A stretch of DNA of 64,000 bases from Lama guanicoe (Eukaryota). Within the stretch, counting starts at the first letter, position 1. Each line of letters starts with the position of its first letter. The notes beneath the pieces were generated by a model. It did no database searches, had not been told where the DNA came from, and saw nothing but the letters and a program-made list of their open reading frames with translations. The stretch covers positions 8,218,358 to 8,282,357 of the forward strand of contig MU054187.1 of NCBI GenBank assembly GCA_013239625.1. Direction: 5' to 3'. Of this stretch, positions 49,408 to 62,100 are shown piece after piece. Made by a program: the position numbers and the translations under genes.

Positions 49408-51869
49408 CCCCCCCCCCCCCCCATCTCGGTTAGGCCTTCTCTGGGTTTCCGGGGCCCCTCTGGCAGCCCCCGTGCCCGCACCCCACCTCTTCGTTTCAGC
49501 CGCTTTTCCAGGACCGCCCCCACCACCACCGTCTGTTTCTGAGAGTTGTGACTGTCTTAGTGATAGAAAATTTTCATTTATATTCAGATTTTGTTACTGT
49601 CTTGAAGACTGAGAACGGATTGAGATACATTTTAAGCGGTTATTCTCAGGCCGATGTGAGCCGAGAGGAGGTGTTCCCGGCACGCCCTGGACGTGGGGAC
49701 ACCTCTGGGACCACTCCTTTCGACCCAGGGAACCCTTCGCCCGCCCGAGTCTCAGGATAACCCGCCGTGGCCTGAGCTCGGGGCTCTTCTCTAATCTACA
49801 TGAAGGCCACACGGCTTGTTCCACGAGCACTGTCTTTCCTCCTTCACTTGTGGGCACTTTTCCTTGACGATGCTTGTTGACTAAGTCAGTGCGCGGAGAT
49901 GAATGGAACTCCAATCCCAGTCTTACAGGCCCAGAGAGGACACCCCCTCAGACATAGTAACACCGATGTCCTCCTTAAAGAGGCTCTGCTTTAGAACTCA
50001 CAGAATACCTGAGGCCTTCATCACAGAATGTTCCAGAAGATGGGACAGACCCACAGTTAAGCATGGACTCTCTCTCTCTCTACCATTCAAAGCTTCTTGA
50101 GACAGGGGTCTCTTCCAAGCCCATTCATACATTAAAAAATCAACCTTCTTAAAGACATAGTGTTTTGCTGCAAACAACGCTCTTGGAGGGAAGACCTCCC
50201 TTTGGCCTCACACTGTCTGACAAATAGCAGGCATCTCAGCCTTTCCTTTAGTCATGGCAAGGCCACTCTGTCACCGGACGTGAGGTCACTCCCTCCCTGT
50301 CTCTCTCCTCCTCATGTATGTTCCAATCTACCCCTGGGCATTAAGGCAACATGACATAAGAATATATTTTCTAAATTTGCATAAAATGAGAACTTCACAG
50401 ATGGGCAGCACATGCTTCCCATAAGTCCAGTGTGAAAATGGCTCGATAGGACTTGTCGCTACACACATTCTTTCCACATTTCTGGCACATGCACATCTTA
50501 AACAAACAGGAATTGCGACAAGCAAAACAGATGGGCAACAAAAAAAAAGTTTCCAAGGCACGCATCCCAAAAGTCTTCCTTGAACATGGGACTGTACCAC
50601 TTGTCACAGTCAATCTGAAGGGGCTTGGGTATTAGCAGGCAGCCTTTGCTGGAGGGGAGAGCGCAAGACATCCATTTCCATCACTCGGGAGGCAACGTGG
50701 GGAGCACCTCACCAGGTTACAGGGAGCCAGGCTCCTCACTGCCCCGTCTGTACATCGGTGGCTGGCTCAGCATGTAGGAAGCGTCCTCTGGTGTCCTCTG
50801 CTTTTGTCGCTACCCAGAAATAGAAGCGGCTCAGCCAGAGAGCAGGAGTGGACCAAAGTGTATTTCATATTCCACACACTGTCGAGCATATTTCTTGATT
50901 GGTTTATCTGAAGTTACCCTCAACCAGGTAGCTTCAACCCAGCCCCATGCACGCCCCACTAGGGGAAGGAGACGTTGCCCACTGACAAGGTTTGCACCGT
51001 GTGCATCTAACTCAGTTTTCCTCGAGTGTTTTGGGCACCACGGGAGCTCTAACCAAATGTCTAAATCTCTGAACTTGGAAGGAAACTGAAAGAACATGTG
51101 ATGAGAAGCTATGAAACCATGCCTTCGGCTCTGCCTTTATCACGGGTCACCTGAATGGACTCAGCAGGCCTCTTACCTTCCCTGGACTTCCGTTGTCCCC
51201 TGTCCAGTTGGTCCACCACATGGCCCCATTCCCCACTGCTACCCCGGCAAGTTGTTACCTCAGCCCCCAGGACGCAGGGAGATTTGCAGCCAACATCTAT
51301 TCAAAGTCACCATGCGGCTCCAGGCACTGCCTGCTCTGGGTGCTGCGTCAGCAGAGACTTCAGCCCCCGGGACCAGAGCCCCCACCTGTGTGCTCTGTGG
51401 CTTGACAGCTCTTCTCCCCAGCATCACTCCTCCCTCCTCTCTGCAGCCCCCCTAGCCAAGGCAGCCTGCAGAGCCTGGAAACGGCAACAGCCATGGTCTC
51501 CATTTTCCCACTTTCTAGACCCAGGATTTTTAGCTGGTGTGGGGCACCAGAACTTCCATCTAAATCTTAACATTTTTCAGGATAAAACATTTTTTGCCTG
51601 CTTTGGAAGCCACAGGCAGTGACGCTCATCATACACCTCTCTACGCAGAACAAGCCTCCGCTTCTCCAGGAAGCCTTGTGTGTCTGACTCAGAGCCTCAT
51701 CACGGACAGTTTATCAAAATGAGGCCACAATAAATTTCACCCCTAGAAACCGAAATTGGTAGCAACCTCTAAAAGGTAGTTTTTCTAAAAGGTTCTTTTT
51801 TTTTAATTTGCTCCACATACTATGTTTAAATTTTAAATAAATTTTAAAATAACTAAAATTCACCAATTA

Positions 51870-52100
51870 ATTGTAGCTAGCATTTGTTGATGTTAGCATA
51901 TGTAATGTATCAGGCACTGCACCAAGTCCTTCGCATTAACTGACTCATTCAGTCCCCTTTACAACCCCATGAGTAGGTAGGTGCAATTATCATCACCCCC
52001 ACTTTACAGATGACAACAGTGAGGCACGGAGGGCTTTAGTCAGTGCCCTTGGTCACACAGCCAGGAAGTGGGAGATTCATTTTCAACCCTGTCTGCCTTA
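51870..52100 (-). mobile_element. MIR SINE
   Basis: 'caggcactgcaccaag...acaaccccatgag...cccactttacagatga...gaggcacggagg...ggtcacacagc'. Confidence 0.85.
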
Positions 52101-52611
52101 AAAACGAACGACCTAGCTAGGTTTTGTTGTCATTGTTTTTGTTGTTGTTGTGAGTCTTATTTTCCTCTTGCGTGTTTTATGACATGAAAAAACCCTTCAG
52201 ATATTGAAACTGGTACATGCTTGATCTAACCATGTATGTGCCAACACACTTATGGCATTCTATGATGAAAGCTGATGTTGAAGTTGAAGCCTCTGGGATC
52301 TAACAAGATTCTTAGTCATCAAAGTGAGACGTTCACTATATTTTACTTACCAGTGAAATGAATTATGTTTTCTAAAAAAAACAATCTGTAAGATTTAAAA
52401 GCACAGGGAATTTCTAAATAACTTCTGCACAATGTTTGTATATGCACAATCTATTCTATATTTGGGCTAAAATCTTCCCTTTTGCAGTGCAATTTTGTTG
52501 TGCTAATGTCAAGTGAGTTTGTGCCAGTCGTTAGGGTGGACTGCGGTATAGGAAGGCATCCGATACATTCGGTGGCAAAGGAAACCAGTTTAGACAAACA
52601 ACTTGTCACAG

Positions 52612-52630
52612 ACAACCCACCTAGTGGCCA
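52612..52630 (-). promoter_or_regulatory. CTCF-like motif (moderate)
   Basis: Reverse complement TGGCCACTAGGTGGGTTGT. The 3' part deviates from the consensus. Confidence 0.35.
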
Positions 52631-55600
52631 GTCTACCAACAGATTGTCAGTAGTTCACAATGGAAATAATTAAATATCCTGAAAACATTTCCCCAAGACC
52701 TGCATTTCTAAAGTCTTTATCACAATTAGAACACTCAGGTTTATGGTATTTTCAATACTAAATCCTTTATTTAATCTTTCAGGTTAATTTTTAAAATTCC
52801 ATATTCACCTCAAAAACTACTTGTGAGAAAATGTCAGTGTGACATCATGGCAGGCCACTGGGGACAAATTCCAATAATTCAGAACACGATGGTGGAATCT
52901 TTCCTTCCTGTTTGCAGGAAAAGGCAAGCTCAGGGAGCCAAATCCCTCATCCAGATAATTAGCAACTATCCAATCTGTTAATTGAGGACGCGTGTGCCAA
53001 ACCTTCTTGGCAACCTCAGTCAGACTGTTGTAGGTGGTCAGTCAGTCGGTCGGAGCTGTGGAGGCCGGCGTGTGCTTGGCCCCACATTAAGAACTTTGCA
53101 TGAGAGACAGTTCAGATGTGCTCTTTGACTTGGGAGAATAAACGTGCTAAATTGTTAGGAAACTGGCTGTTCTTCGTCCTAAATTTGGTAAGAGCAAAAT
53201 GATTTCATTAACCTCTGTACAGCTCTTTTTATTATCGTCAATGAAAAAAAATGACTCCCTTCTCTATTTTCGCTGTAACTTGGGGAAATTTTTCAAGAAT
53301 CAGGTGCTGCTATGTCTAAACACAGGTACACAAGCACAGGTGGAATGTTAATAAGAACAGGACAGGAAGGGATAATGGCACCTCTCACAGTTGCAATTTT
53401 TCAGAAGATGCACCTGAGTTTCTGGAGTACTTCTACAGACTTAGATGTAAGTACTTGGTCTCCTCTACTGACCACACATGATCACCCCAGGACTAAGGCA
53501 GGCATCTCCAACTAGAAAGACCCCTCAGAGGAGAAAGACAGCGACCGAGGAAAGGCGTGAGCCTGCGTGAGGAGAAGTAAATGCCACCAGAAGTGTCTGG
53601 CAGACAAATTATGGACCCATTCGGTTTAGAGAAAAATAATTATCAAATTTTTGGCATTCCAATAAAAATGGAGATATGTCTTGGCCAAAACAAAACAAAA
53701 TAAAAAAACTTCTTTGAGTGTTTGGAGAGTGATATTGGTCCCAGGAACAAAATGTGCATTGTCTTGGTTTGAAATGTTTTTCTAAGAGTTGATTGACTTG
53801 CTCAGCTGGACTTGAACTCATAATGGAAAAGATGAAACAGGTGAAGGCAAGTTCAGGGTTAAAAGTGACCTAAATGAGAACAAAGGTGCTGCCTGCTAGT
53901 TGTGGGGAAAAGTTATATAACTGTGTACGTTGGACAAAGACCCGCCATGAAGAAATAGACATGGGGGCCTTTCAGACTCAAGGTCAGCTTTAGTGAGTTC
54001 CAACTGGTAGTACAGCCGTGTTTGTCACGCGTGTGAAAAGTAAGATGCAGCCACAACTCACGTGTGTGCAGACACCTCGACTGCAACACATTTGAAGGGT
54101 TTTCGTGTGTTGTTAACTACAGTTTTTTAAAAAATAGTGCTTGATATTTGGAAGTGAAATGATACGTGCAAAACATTAGTCAGATGGCGCCTCTCAGTTT
54201 GTGAATGAACTGCATGTAGTCTGAACAAATTCGATCCCGTTCAGTGCCATCGACTTCACAGTCAGGGGCCCACAAACAATACGCGCCCAGAGCCTCTGAT
54301 ATTTTGACGGTAGAAACCACCCAAATCAGTAAAATTGCTCACGACACACTGGGAATGCGAACCAGCTTACTAAACGACAGAAAGAAAGAAAAAAAGATCC
54401 CTAGAGAAGGAAAAGACAGTCTACACCGCAAAGATGAGACCTGCTAGAAAATGAGTCCCAAGTCCCCAGAGCTCCTCTGCCTTGTTCACTGTGGTACTTC
54501 CAGTACACAGAAGGTGCACCATAAACGCTCACAGCTCTGGAGGCAGGGTGCCTGCTCAGATCCCCACTGCATAGTTTACCAGCTCTCGGCCCGGCTTAGT
54601 CACTAACCTCCCGTGCTTTCCTTTTCCCGTGGCATCTCTCTCCCAGGGCGGCGGACAGGAACGCGATCCACCCCAGTGCTTAGCACTTGGTGGGCGCCCG
54701 GGAGACGGCTGCTTTGAGGACTGGGGGAGTCACCTAGACTTGTCTGGGTCCTTTGTTTGAAAGAATTCCAGATCTTTCACATATGCAATCTTCCTAGTAG
54801 GGGAAAAAACTGGAAGTTTTAGTTTATCTTCACAGCATAGAGTTAAGGATGTACTTTTTTTTTTTTTTGGTTAAGAAATAGCCAATTTGGGGTTCAGGAA
54901 ATGGAATCTGATTGGAATTCGTTTTGAACACCAACACTTTGAAAACTCAAAGACTACAGTGACACTAGGAAATGATGCAATGCTATCGATAATGTCTACC
55001 CACTGAAAATAGCGGTGCTAACTCACCCTTACGTTACACCTCACAGCTAGCTGTAAGCAGAGAACCATCAAGTATTTATTGAGCACGTGTGGCTTTTCAC
55101 TGGCAAAAGTGTAGCTAGTTCAGCACATCACCGCCCGCTCTCTCTTTTTAAACATTTTGTTCTAAAATAGTATTGTGGAAAAAAAAAGACAGAAAAACAA
55201 GAAAATAATATTGTGCTCTTTTTATTTTTTTGCCAAAAGCACTGTCACAGGACTCAATATATATGTAGTGAATAAATAAATCAGCATGTTTTCCCTCAGC
55301 GATCTGTTTTCCTAACTTCTTTCACATTGCATTCAGAGAGAATTACAGGGCATCCTCTGAGTCTACGTCGCATATGGTACCACGGATCCCAGCACTGCCC
55401 TTGGCCTGGCTCTCCTCACAGAGTCAGTCTGCAAATGGGCCTGACGTCTGAAGGGCTTTGCTGTCTTCAGAGTCAGGCTGGCCTGGGGACATCCCACCAT
55501 CTGTGGGCACGCCATAGGGTTACTGATTTCCACCACTATCAGTGACAATCCATGAGGGCGCAAAGTGACGTCAGCACAAAACAAGCTCGTTGAGAACCTG

Positions 55601-55766
55601 GGAAGAATGCCCCTTAGTGCTACGTGTGAAATGCTGAACGTATGTTTCTTTGTACGTTATACATGGTGAATCGGTAATGCTAACAAGCTCTTGGACTAGC
55701 TCCCCAGCTCATAAATGGGCATATTTTTAGGCAGTTTTAATGAGTTTCTATTGTTCTAAAGAAAGT

Positions 55767-56229
55767 TTTGTTTGTTTTCTAGGGCTGCCCTAGCAAACCA
55801 CCACAAACTGGGCAGCTTAAAGCAACAGACATTTAATCTCTCACAGTGCTGACGGCTAGAAGTCCAAAATCAAGGTGTCAAGAGCACTGTGCGCTCCCTC
55901 TGAAACCTGTAGGGGAACCCTCCCTGCCGCTCCCTCATTTTCAATGACCTGCCGGCAGTCTTTGCGGTGCTCTGGCTGCAGCTGTGTAACTCCAACCTCT
56001 TCCTTCGCGGTCGCTTGGCCTTCTCCCCGTGTGCTCTTACAAGAACACCAGTCCTACTGGGGTAGAGGACACCAGTGATACTACAGGAGGTGGTCCCTCA
56101 CTCCTGTACAACCTCATCCTAAATAATGACACCTGCAGTGACGCCATTCCCAAGTCAGGTCACATTCTGAGGGACTGAGGTTAGGACCTCAACATCCCTT
56201 TTCGTGGTGGATACAACTCAACCGTAACA
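55767..56229 (-). mobile_element. MLT1B/C-like solo LTR
   Basis: 'tagggctgccctagcaaaccaccacaaactgggcagcttaaagcaacagacattta...ggtcacattctgagg...gttaggacctcaaca', with possible TSD aaagt. Confidence 0.88.
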
Positions 56230-57540
56230 AAAGTAAACCGTGAATAGACCCACCTCTGTCGCCAAGTCTAATAGAAACAGTAGCCTGCCTTTAGGTCTAC
56301 GGGCTGTTTGGCTATTTGATCGAAGTGTTTTAATGTCTCTGGATGTTTCCGAAAGTATGAACTTTGCACAATAATTGTCAATGTCTCCAGTCTGGAATTA
56401 GGAGTTGAGCTGGGTAGAAAATATTTCTAAGCAGCAGAAAGTAACTTTGGGGCTCTCATATCGCCCAGGAATAAAAAGTTACTTATGAAATTGTTGACTA
56501 CCATGCTGTGTTGAGCCATATTTTTTTTTACTTAAATCAGGGTTTTTATGGACTGCCTGACAGGGCTGTCTTCTTGACATGATTTATTAGGAGAACCCTG
56601 AGTGGTGATGGGGGGTGGACGTAGTTTTTAGCGTAATCCTTTCAAATCTATAGTTGGAACTGAATGAGTGTTTTATTTTTAGACAATTTATTAATTTGGC
56701 TTTGAGTTGCATTCATCCAGGGATCTTTTGTGGTGTGTTTCTTGTACATACAAATACTACAATGAAGATTTATCACTGAGAAGTAGTTAAAACAGTGAGT
56801 AACTGAAAAGGGGGAACGAAGCTTAAGAAAAAGATTTTTGTGAATCAAAAGATGATATTTTTTAATTTTCAGAGGAAAGCACCAGATTATTGTTCTCTAA
56901 TTTAGGGTCGAAAGAGGAGCGGATCAGAAAGTTCACTGTGTGCTTAAATAACGCGCTTTCTTCTTGAACACTTCCACATGAAAGAGTCTGCAAGTCTGAT
57001 TTAAAAAAAAAAACCACCAGAACATGTGTGATTGACTATTCCCTGCCTGACACTTAGTGGTGACTTGGAGTAACTGCAGCTTCTGCCTGTGGGAGGGAGA
57101 TCTGCGGGGAAGCGCATGGAGGAAAAACAAGTCTTGGGAGTGTACTGTTCTCTGCATTCACATGAGCCCTTGGATGTTTTAAGAACCTAAATGAATCACC
57201 AAGAACTGACCCTAGGAAGCCACAAGGCGGGCTCTGGTAACAAAGCCGAGAACACGTCTGATTCCCTAGCATGCTTCATGGAGAGGTCCCACAGTCAGAG
57301 ACAGAAATGTGTGTTTTCGTAGTTCCTCTTTTAATATCACTTCACTTTTCTCATCTGATTATTTTATGAAGAAAATAATGAAAATCAATGTAGAGCTTTG
57401 CAATGAGAAAAAAAATCAGGGCAAGAACTTAGAAAACAAGCAACATCAAAACCTAGATGAGATTGTAAACGGGTTATCGTCTTTCCGGAAGCCTCTTTGG
57501 CAATCTGTACGAAAATTTTTTTAAGAACTGCCTCCTTTTT

Positions 57541-57893
57541 TGTTATGGACGAATGTTTCTGTTCCCCGACTCCCACATCAAATTCACAGGTTGAAACCAG
57601 GTCCCCAGGGTCATGGTATTTGGAGATGAGGCCTTTGGGAGGTGATCAGTTTCGAGGATGGAGCCCCCATGAATGGGATTAGCACCCCTATGAGAAGAGG
57701 CCAGAGAGTTCACTCGCTCTCTTTCCGCTGTGTGAAGACAGAGAAGCCTGCGGTCTGCAACCTGGGGGAGGGCTCTCACCAGAACTCTGATCTCAGATTT
57801 CCGGCCTCCAGGACTGTGAGAAATAAAATCCTGCTGCTAACAAGCCGCCCGGTCCACGGTACTTTGTCACAGGGGACTGAGCTGGCTCAGATA
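57541..57893 (+). mobile_element. MLT1A-like solo LTR
   Basis: 'tgttatggacgaatgttt...tttgggaggtgatcag...gagcccccatgaatgggattagcaccc...cctccaggactgtgagaaataaa'. Confidence 0.9.
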
Positions 57894-57899
57894 CTGCTC

Positions 57900-58290
57900 C
57901 CTTACAAACTCCACGTCTGGAAACTTATCCTGATGAAGCCCTCACTTATCTATTTAAACATTTAAGGATTTTTATATAAAGATGTTGATTATCTCATTAT
58001 GTATTAGCAAAAATTGGGGCAAAAAAATATGTCCAATAATAGGAATAAAACTGAGTCAATTTTCTTTATCATTAATAATTGTTAAAATAATGCTCTGTAA
58101 GGATCCCTAATAACATAAGAAAATGTTCATATAGTTTTCACAAAAATATTGCTTACAAAAATGATGAAAATTTTATAAAAAATATAGCTAACATATTGTA
58201 ATATATGTGTAATATGTTAAATTATATATATGTAATATATGTGTAATACAGACTGAAAAAAGACTAAAATGATCTAAATCAAAATATTTA
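57900..58290 (+). mobile_element. Old L1MC/ME-like 3' fragment
   Basis: 'aaagatgttgattatctcattat...aaaaattggg...tgtccaataataggaa' plus an AT-rich tail region. Confidence 0.5.
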
Positions 58291-58294
58291 ACCA

Positions 58295-59420
58295 CCTTTG
58301 AAAATAATTTTTTTTCTATTCTCTGGCTGCTTTTAAGATTCTTCTGTCTTTAATTTTTCAGTAGTTTGACTCTGATATAATTAATTGTGGTTTTCTTCGT
58401 ATGTCTTCAAATATGACTTCTGGACAATTTTTTTTCTTTGCTGCTGGGGTTCCGGCTACAAGCATATTAACCTTTTTTCCCCCACAATATTCCACATGTA
58501 TTGTATGCTCTTTACTGTATTTTCCATCCTTCTCTTCCTAATGACCTCACTTCCAGTTTTCTAATCTTCAGTCCTGTTCTCATTTTCTAGTTAAACCCAT
58601 TTATTGGATGCTTCATTTCAGTTGTTGTGGAGTTAATTGTAGAATTTCCACTTGGTTTTATAGGTTTCAAGTCTCTTTTATAATTCTCCATCTTCTGTTC
58701 TATTTTCTTGGTCATACTAATCAGTTATTTTAAAGTTCCTATGTGATAAGTGTAATATTTGAGTCACCCAGGGGGCTATTTTGTTGTTTGTCTTTTTTTC
58801 CTTTTGATACAGAGTCATTGGATTGCTTGGTCCTATTGTTTTATTAGCATGACATATAATTTTGTATTAAATGCTCTACGTTCCATGTGAAAAACCATGC
58901 AGGTGCTGAATGTCCTTTTCTTCCGAGAAGGTTACAGTTTCTTTGGCAGGTGCAGAGGGGACCAGCAGACCACCCTGAGCTTATTTTTGGCTTCGTTGGT
59001 GGCTAGCCCGCTTCAGTTCTGTCCTCACTCCTTGGCATGGCCCTTGTGAGATCTCTGCAGGAAGGTCCACTGCATCTGCCAGAGCCGAGCCCAGCCAGGT
59101 AGGCACTGGACAGCAGCCTCGGCCCCCGGCCCCGCGTGGCTGCTGGGAAATCTGCTGGGCAGTTTCAGTTTTCAGTTGCTGTTTTCTGCTGAGCTGCTTG
59201 GAGTCTCCCTCTGCCCACTTCAAGGGGAAATTGCGAACAGATTTTTTAGCTCCATTCTTTGTGGTTTTTCTCTGCTCAAAGATTTGCTCCTCTAGTCTTA
59301 TCTGCTTTAGAAATTCAGATCTCTGTTGCTTGGCCCAAAGGGACTACTGCTTTCTGCCGAGACTTAACAGCCCTGTGCTGAAACTGGAAAGTGCTTCCAG
59401 GAAAGAAACCCTAAAGTGAA
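58295..59420 (-). mobile_element. Old L1M ORF1/5' region
   Basis: 'ctctggctgcttttaagattcttctgtctttaatttttcagtagtttgact' and 'ctgtttctc...ttaaacccatttattg...atttcagttgttg' are antisense L1M ORF1-like. Confidence 0.65.
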
Positions 59421-59964
59421 TGTCCCATGGGGCAGAAATGACACGGAGCTGGGAGAAGGGCCTGGAGGCTGGGGAGAAAGAACAGTGTGCTGAATTGGGT
59501 GGCGGGGAGGGGGGCAAATGAACACATCCTCTTCACGAAAAAGAAAACGACTTAGAAGACAAGGGGCTGTATCCAAATATGTAAGGAGATTTTTCTGGAT
59601 GTACCAGAAGCAAAGCCGAACCAGAAACAGACCAAGGCTACGATGAGCAGCTCAATACGGCGTCTAACGGGGTTGAGTCGGCCGGTTTTACAGAAGAGAA
59701 ATAAAACACTTATTTCTAAAGTAAGACTGGTAGCAGAGATTTCCAAAACCCTAAAGAGGGGTGGCATGCAGAGAGCCAAAGAGGAAAGAACTTTTGTTCC
59801 CACACCTTGCACAAGGGCTGTCACCTGGAGGCAGTGACGGCTTTAACTGTAAGACCTAGCTGTAGCTTCCAAGCAATCCTGAGAGACTGACGCAAATATC
59901 CTAGGAATGAGATTTGGAAAGATTTTGCTGAGTTAGTATTAGGATCCATCGTACCTACATTTTC

Positions 59965-60085
59965 ATTTCATTCATTCATTCAACAAACATTTACTGAGTA
60001 CCTGCTATATGTCAGCACTAGGTGCTAAGGATAAAGTTATAAAGACATAATGTCTATCCTCAGAAAACTTAGCATATAGTTGCGA
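59965..60085 (-). mobile_element. L2 3' end
   Basis: 'cattcattcattcaacaaacatttactgagtacctgctatatgtcagcactaggtgct'. Confidence 0.85.
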
Positions 60086-60299
60086 ATCACAGGCTCCCTG
60101 TGTTACAAATTTTCTTCCAATCCTGTTCCCTTGGCACCTAGTTTACCCACTGAGATTTCTGTCTCTGCTCTTGATAAATGTATCAGTCCCTTTACTGGCA
60201 TCAGAATCTGACCTTGAGAAAGTGTCCTGCCTTTCCCCACACCCTTCTCACAGCAGGCTGGTGACAGTGGCAGCAACCACCCAGAGGTCACACTGCACG

Positions 60300-60410
60300 T
60301 GCGATGTGCCAAGCATTGCTATCAGGGCTTCACCTGTATAAGCTCATCTAATTGTCACTATAAACCTCATGAGGTAGTAATGTTACTATCTCCAGTTTAC
60401 AAAGGAGGAG
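60300..60410 (-). mobile_element. MIR SINE fragment
   Basis: 'tgtgccaagcattgcta...aaacctcatgaggtagtaatgttactatctccagtttacaaaggagga'. Confidence 0.7.
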
Positions 60411-61587
60411 CATTGTTGCTTACTGGAGTTCTGTTTCAAATTGCATGGACTGCCTGAAGCCACAAGGATATTCTTATGAGAAATGTTCCTTCTTTCCAGA
60501 AATGTTTATTGCTCTGCCCTACCCATAAGATCATACTCTCTTCAACACTGCAGTTTGGATTGCTGGCCACCTACTAGAGTGGAGTCATTATCTCTAAACA
60601 CGCCTGTGCCTCACTCATCCGCTGGGGAAATTTTAGAATTTCCACAGCTAGATCTTCTGAGTTACGAGAAATGTGTTAATTTTGGAAACTTTCTGTGATA
60701 TGTCTCCAAGTTTTCCAGGAATACAGAGTCATCTGTCCCCAAGGAAAATCACCCTACTCCTATCTCATGTAACTGCAGAGGCTCAGACTCCTTCCCCAAG
60801 CATTGCTAAGAATTCCGAGGGACGGGTATCTCCAATCCTAGGTATCAGTTATCACCACTTGCTCTGGACCATTATTCTATTTCCTTTCCCCAGCTCTTCT
60901 TCCCACTTTCTCACTTATTCACACATTCAGATCTCAAATATTTAATAAAACTTTACTCAGTATTTGAGACAGCACAAGGGAAACTGAAGCAGACAAAATC
61001 AAAGTCTTTGTGCCCAGAGAGAACCTTCAGGCAGAGTCAGATACTTGTGGTGGGAAGCTGTGGACACGGATAAAAACATGAGCATCAGTGGGACACGGTA
61101 GGGTGTTTCATCTTTATTTTACTGATGAAGTTCTCAGAGGACACAACGTGAACACAAGAGTCACAAAGCAAGTAGCTGGCAAAGCCAGAAGTTGATTTCA
61201 GATCTACCCCTAAGGTAGGCTCATTATCTGTTTTATTTGGGCACGCGTCCTCCCCTACTCAAGAGGAAGGCGCTGAGGGAATCAATTCCCTGTTGTCATT
61301 GACTTGAACAGGAGAGGGGTGGGCGACAGCCGCAGAAGGAAGACTGTCACTGAGCTCCAGGACAGGAAGGAGGGAAAAAAAGAGCATCCTGCTCATGAGT
61401 GTAGCTGGCATTAAACCCTGCGGGTTGGCTGGGTAAACGAACAAATGAGTGGTGGCTACTAGACGGTTGGCTAAATCAGCCAAAATACCATTTATTTATC
61501 AATTAATTCATCAGGCAAAGAACTGAAGCAATCAGGAGCAGCACCGGGTTTTCATACTAACAAGCACTGAGAGTCAGTGCCTGCACA

Positions 61588-62100
61588 TTTTTTAAACTTT
61601 TTATCTAAAAATCTAAAAATAGAAGTAAAAGAAGACAGGGTAATAATCTCCATAAAGCTGTCATCTGCATTGACGAATGATGAACATTTTTCCATATTTG
61701 CATCTTTTTATCTGGTGAAGTAGTTTAAAGTGAACCTTAAATATGATATTTACTTCCACATACTCCTATAAACATCTCTAAAACAAGTGTTCTTACATAA
61801 ACACACAATATCATTACGATGACTAATAAAACTAATAATGCCTTAACATCCCCTAATATTAAACTGTATTCAAACTCTTCATTGTCTTACAACTGTCTCT
61901 TTCCAGCTGGTTTGTTTGAATCAATATCAGAAAAAGGTCCACACATTGCATTTGTTTGTTATGTTTTTAAGGTCATTTTAAGTTTACAGCTGCCCCCTAC
62001 CGTTCTGTGCCATTGCCTTCCTCAGGAAAGCAGATCGGTTGCCCTGCAGACTCAGCATACTATCCCAAATTGTGAACATGTTGCGTCAGTGTATTTTTAC
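61588..62100 (-). mobile_element. L1MC-like 3' end
   Basis: 'tgaacatttttccatatttgc...tcttacataaacacaatatcatta...ggtccacacattgcatttgtttgttatgt'. Confidence 0.75.

Noticed and set aside
51690..51712. RE1/REST-like 'cacggacag' (also about 25833 'caccaaggacagc')
   Set aside because: Only the right half matches. The left half (TTCAGCACC) is absent.
55566..55573. Full palindromic CRE (TGACGTCA)
   Set aside because: A single 8-mer with no supporting context in 64 kb.
59552..59837. Overlapping basic ORFs that look somewhat protein-like
   Set aside because: No recognisable homology, splice context or poly(A)/TSD signature of a retrocopy.
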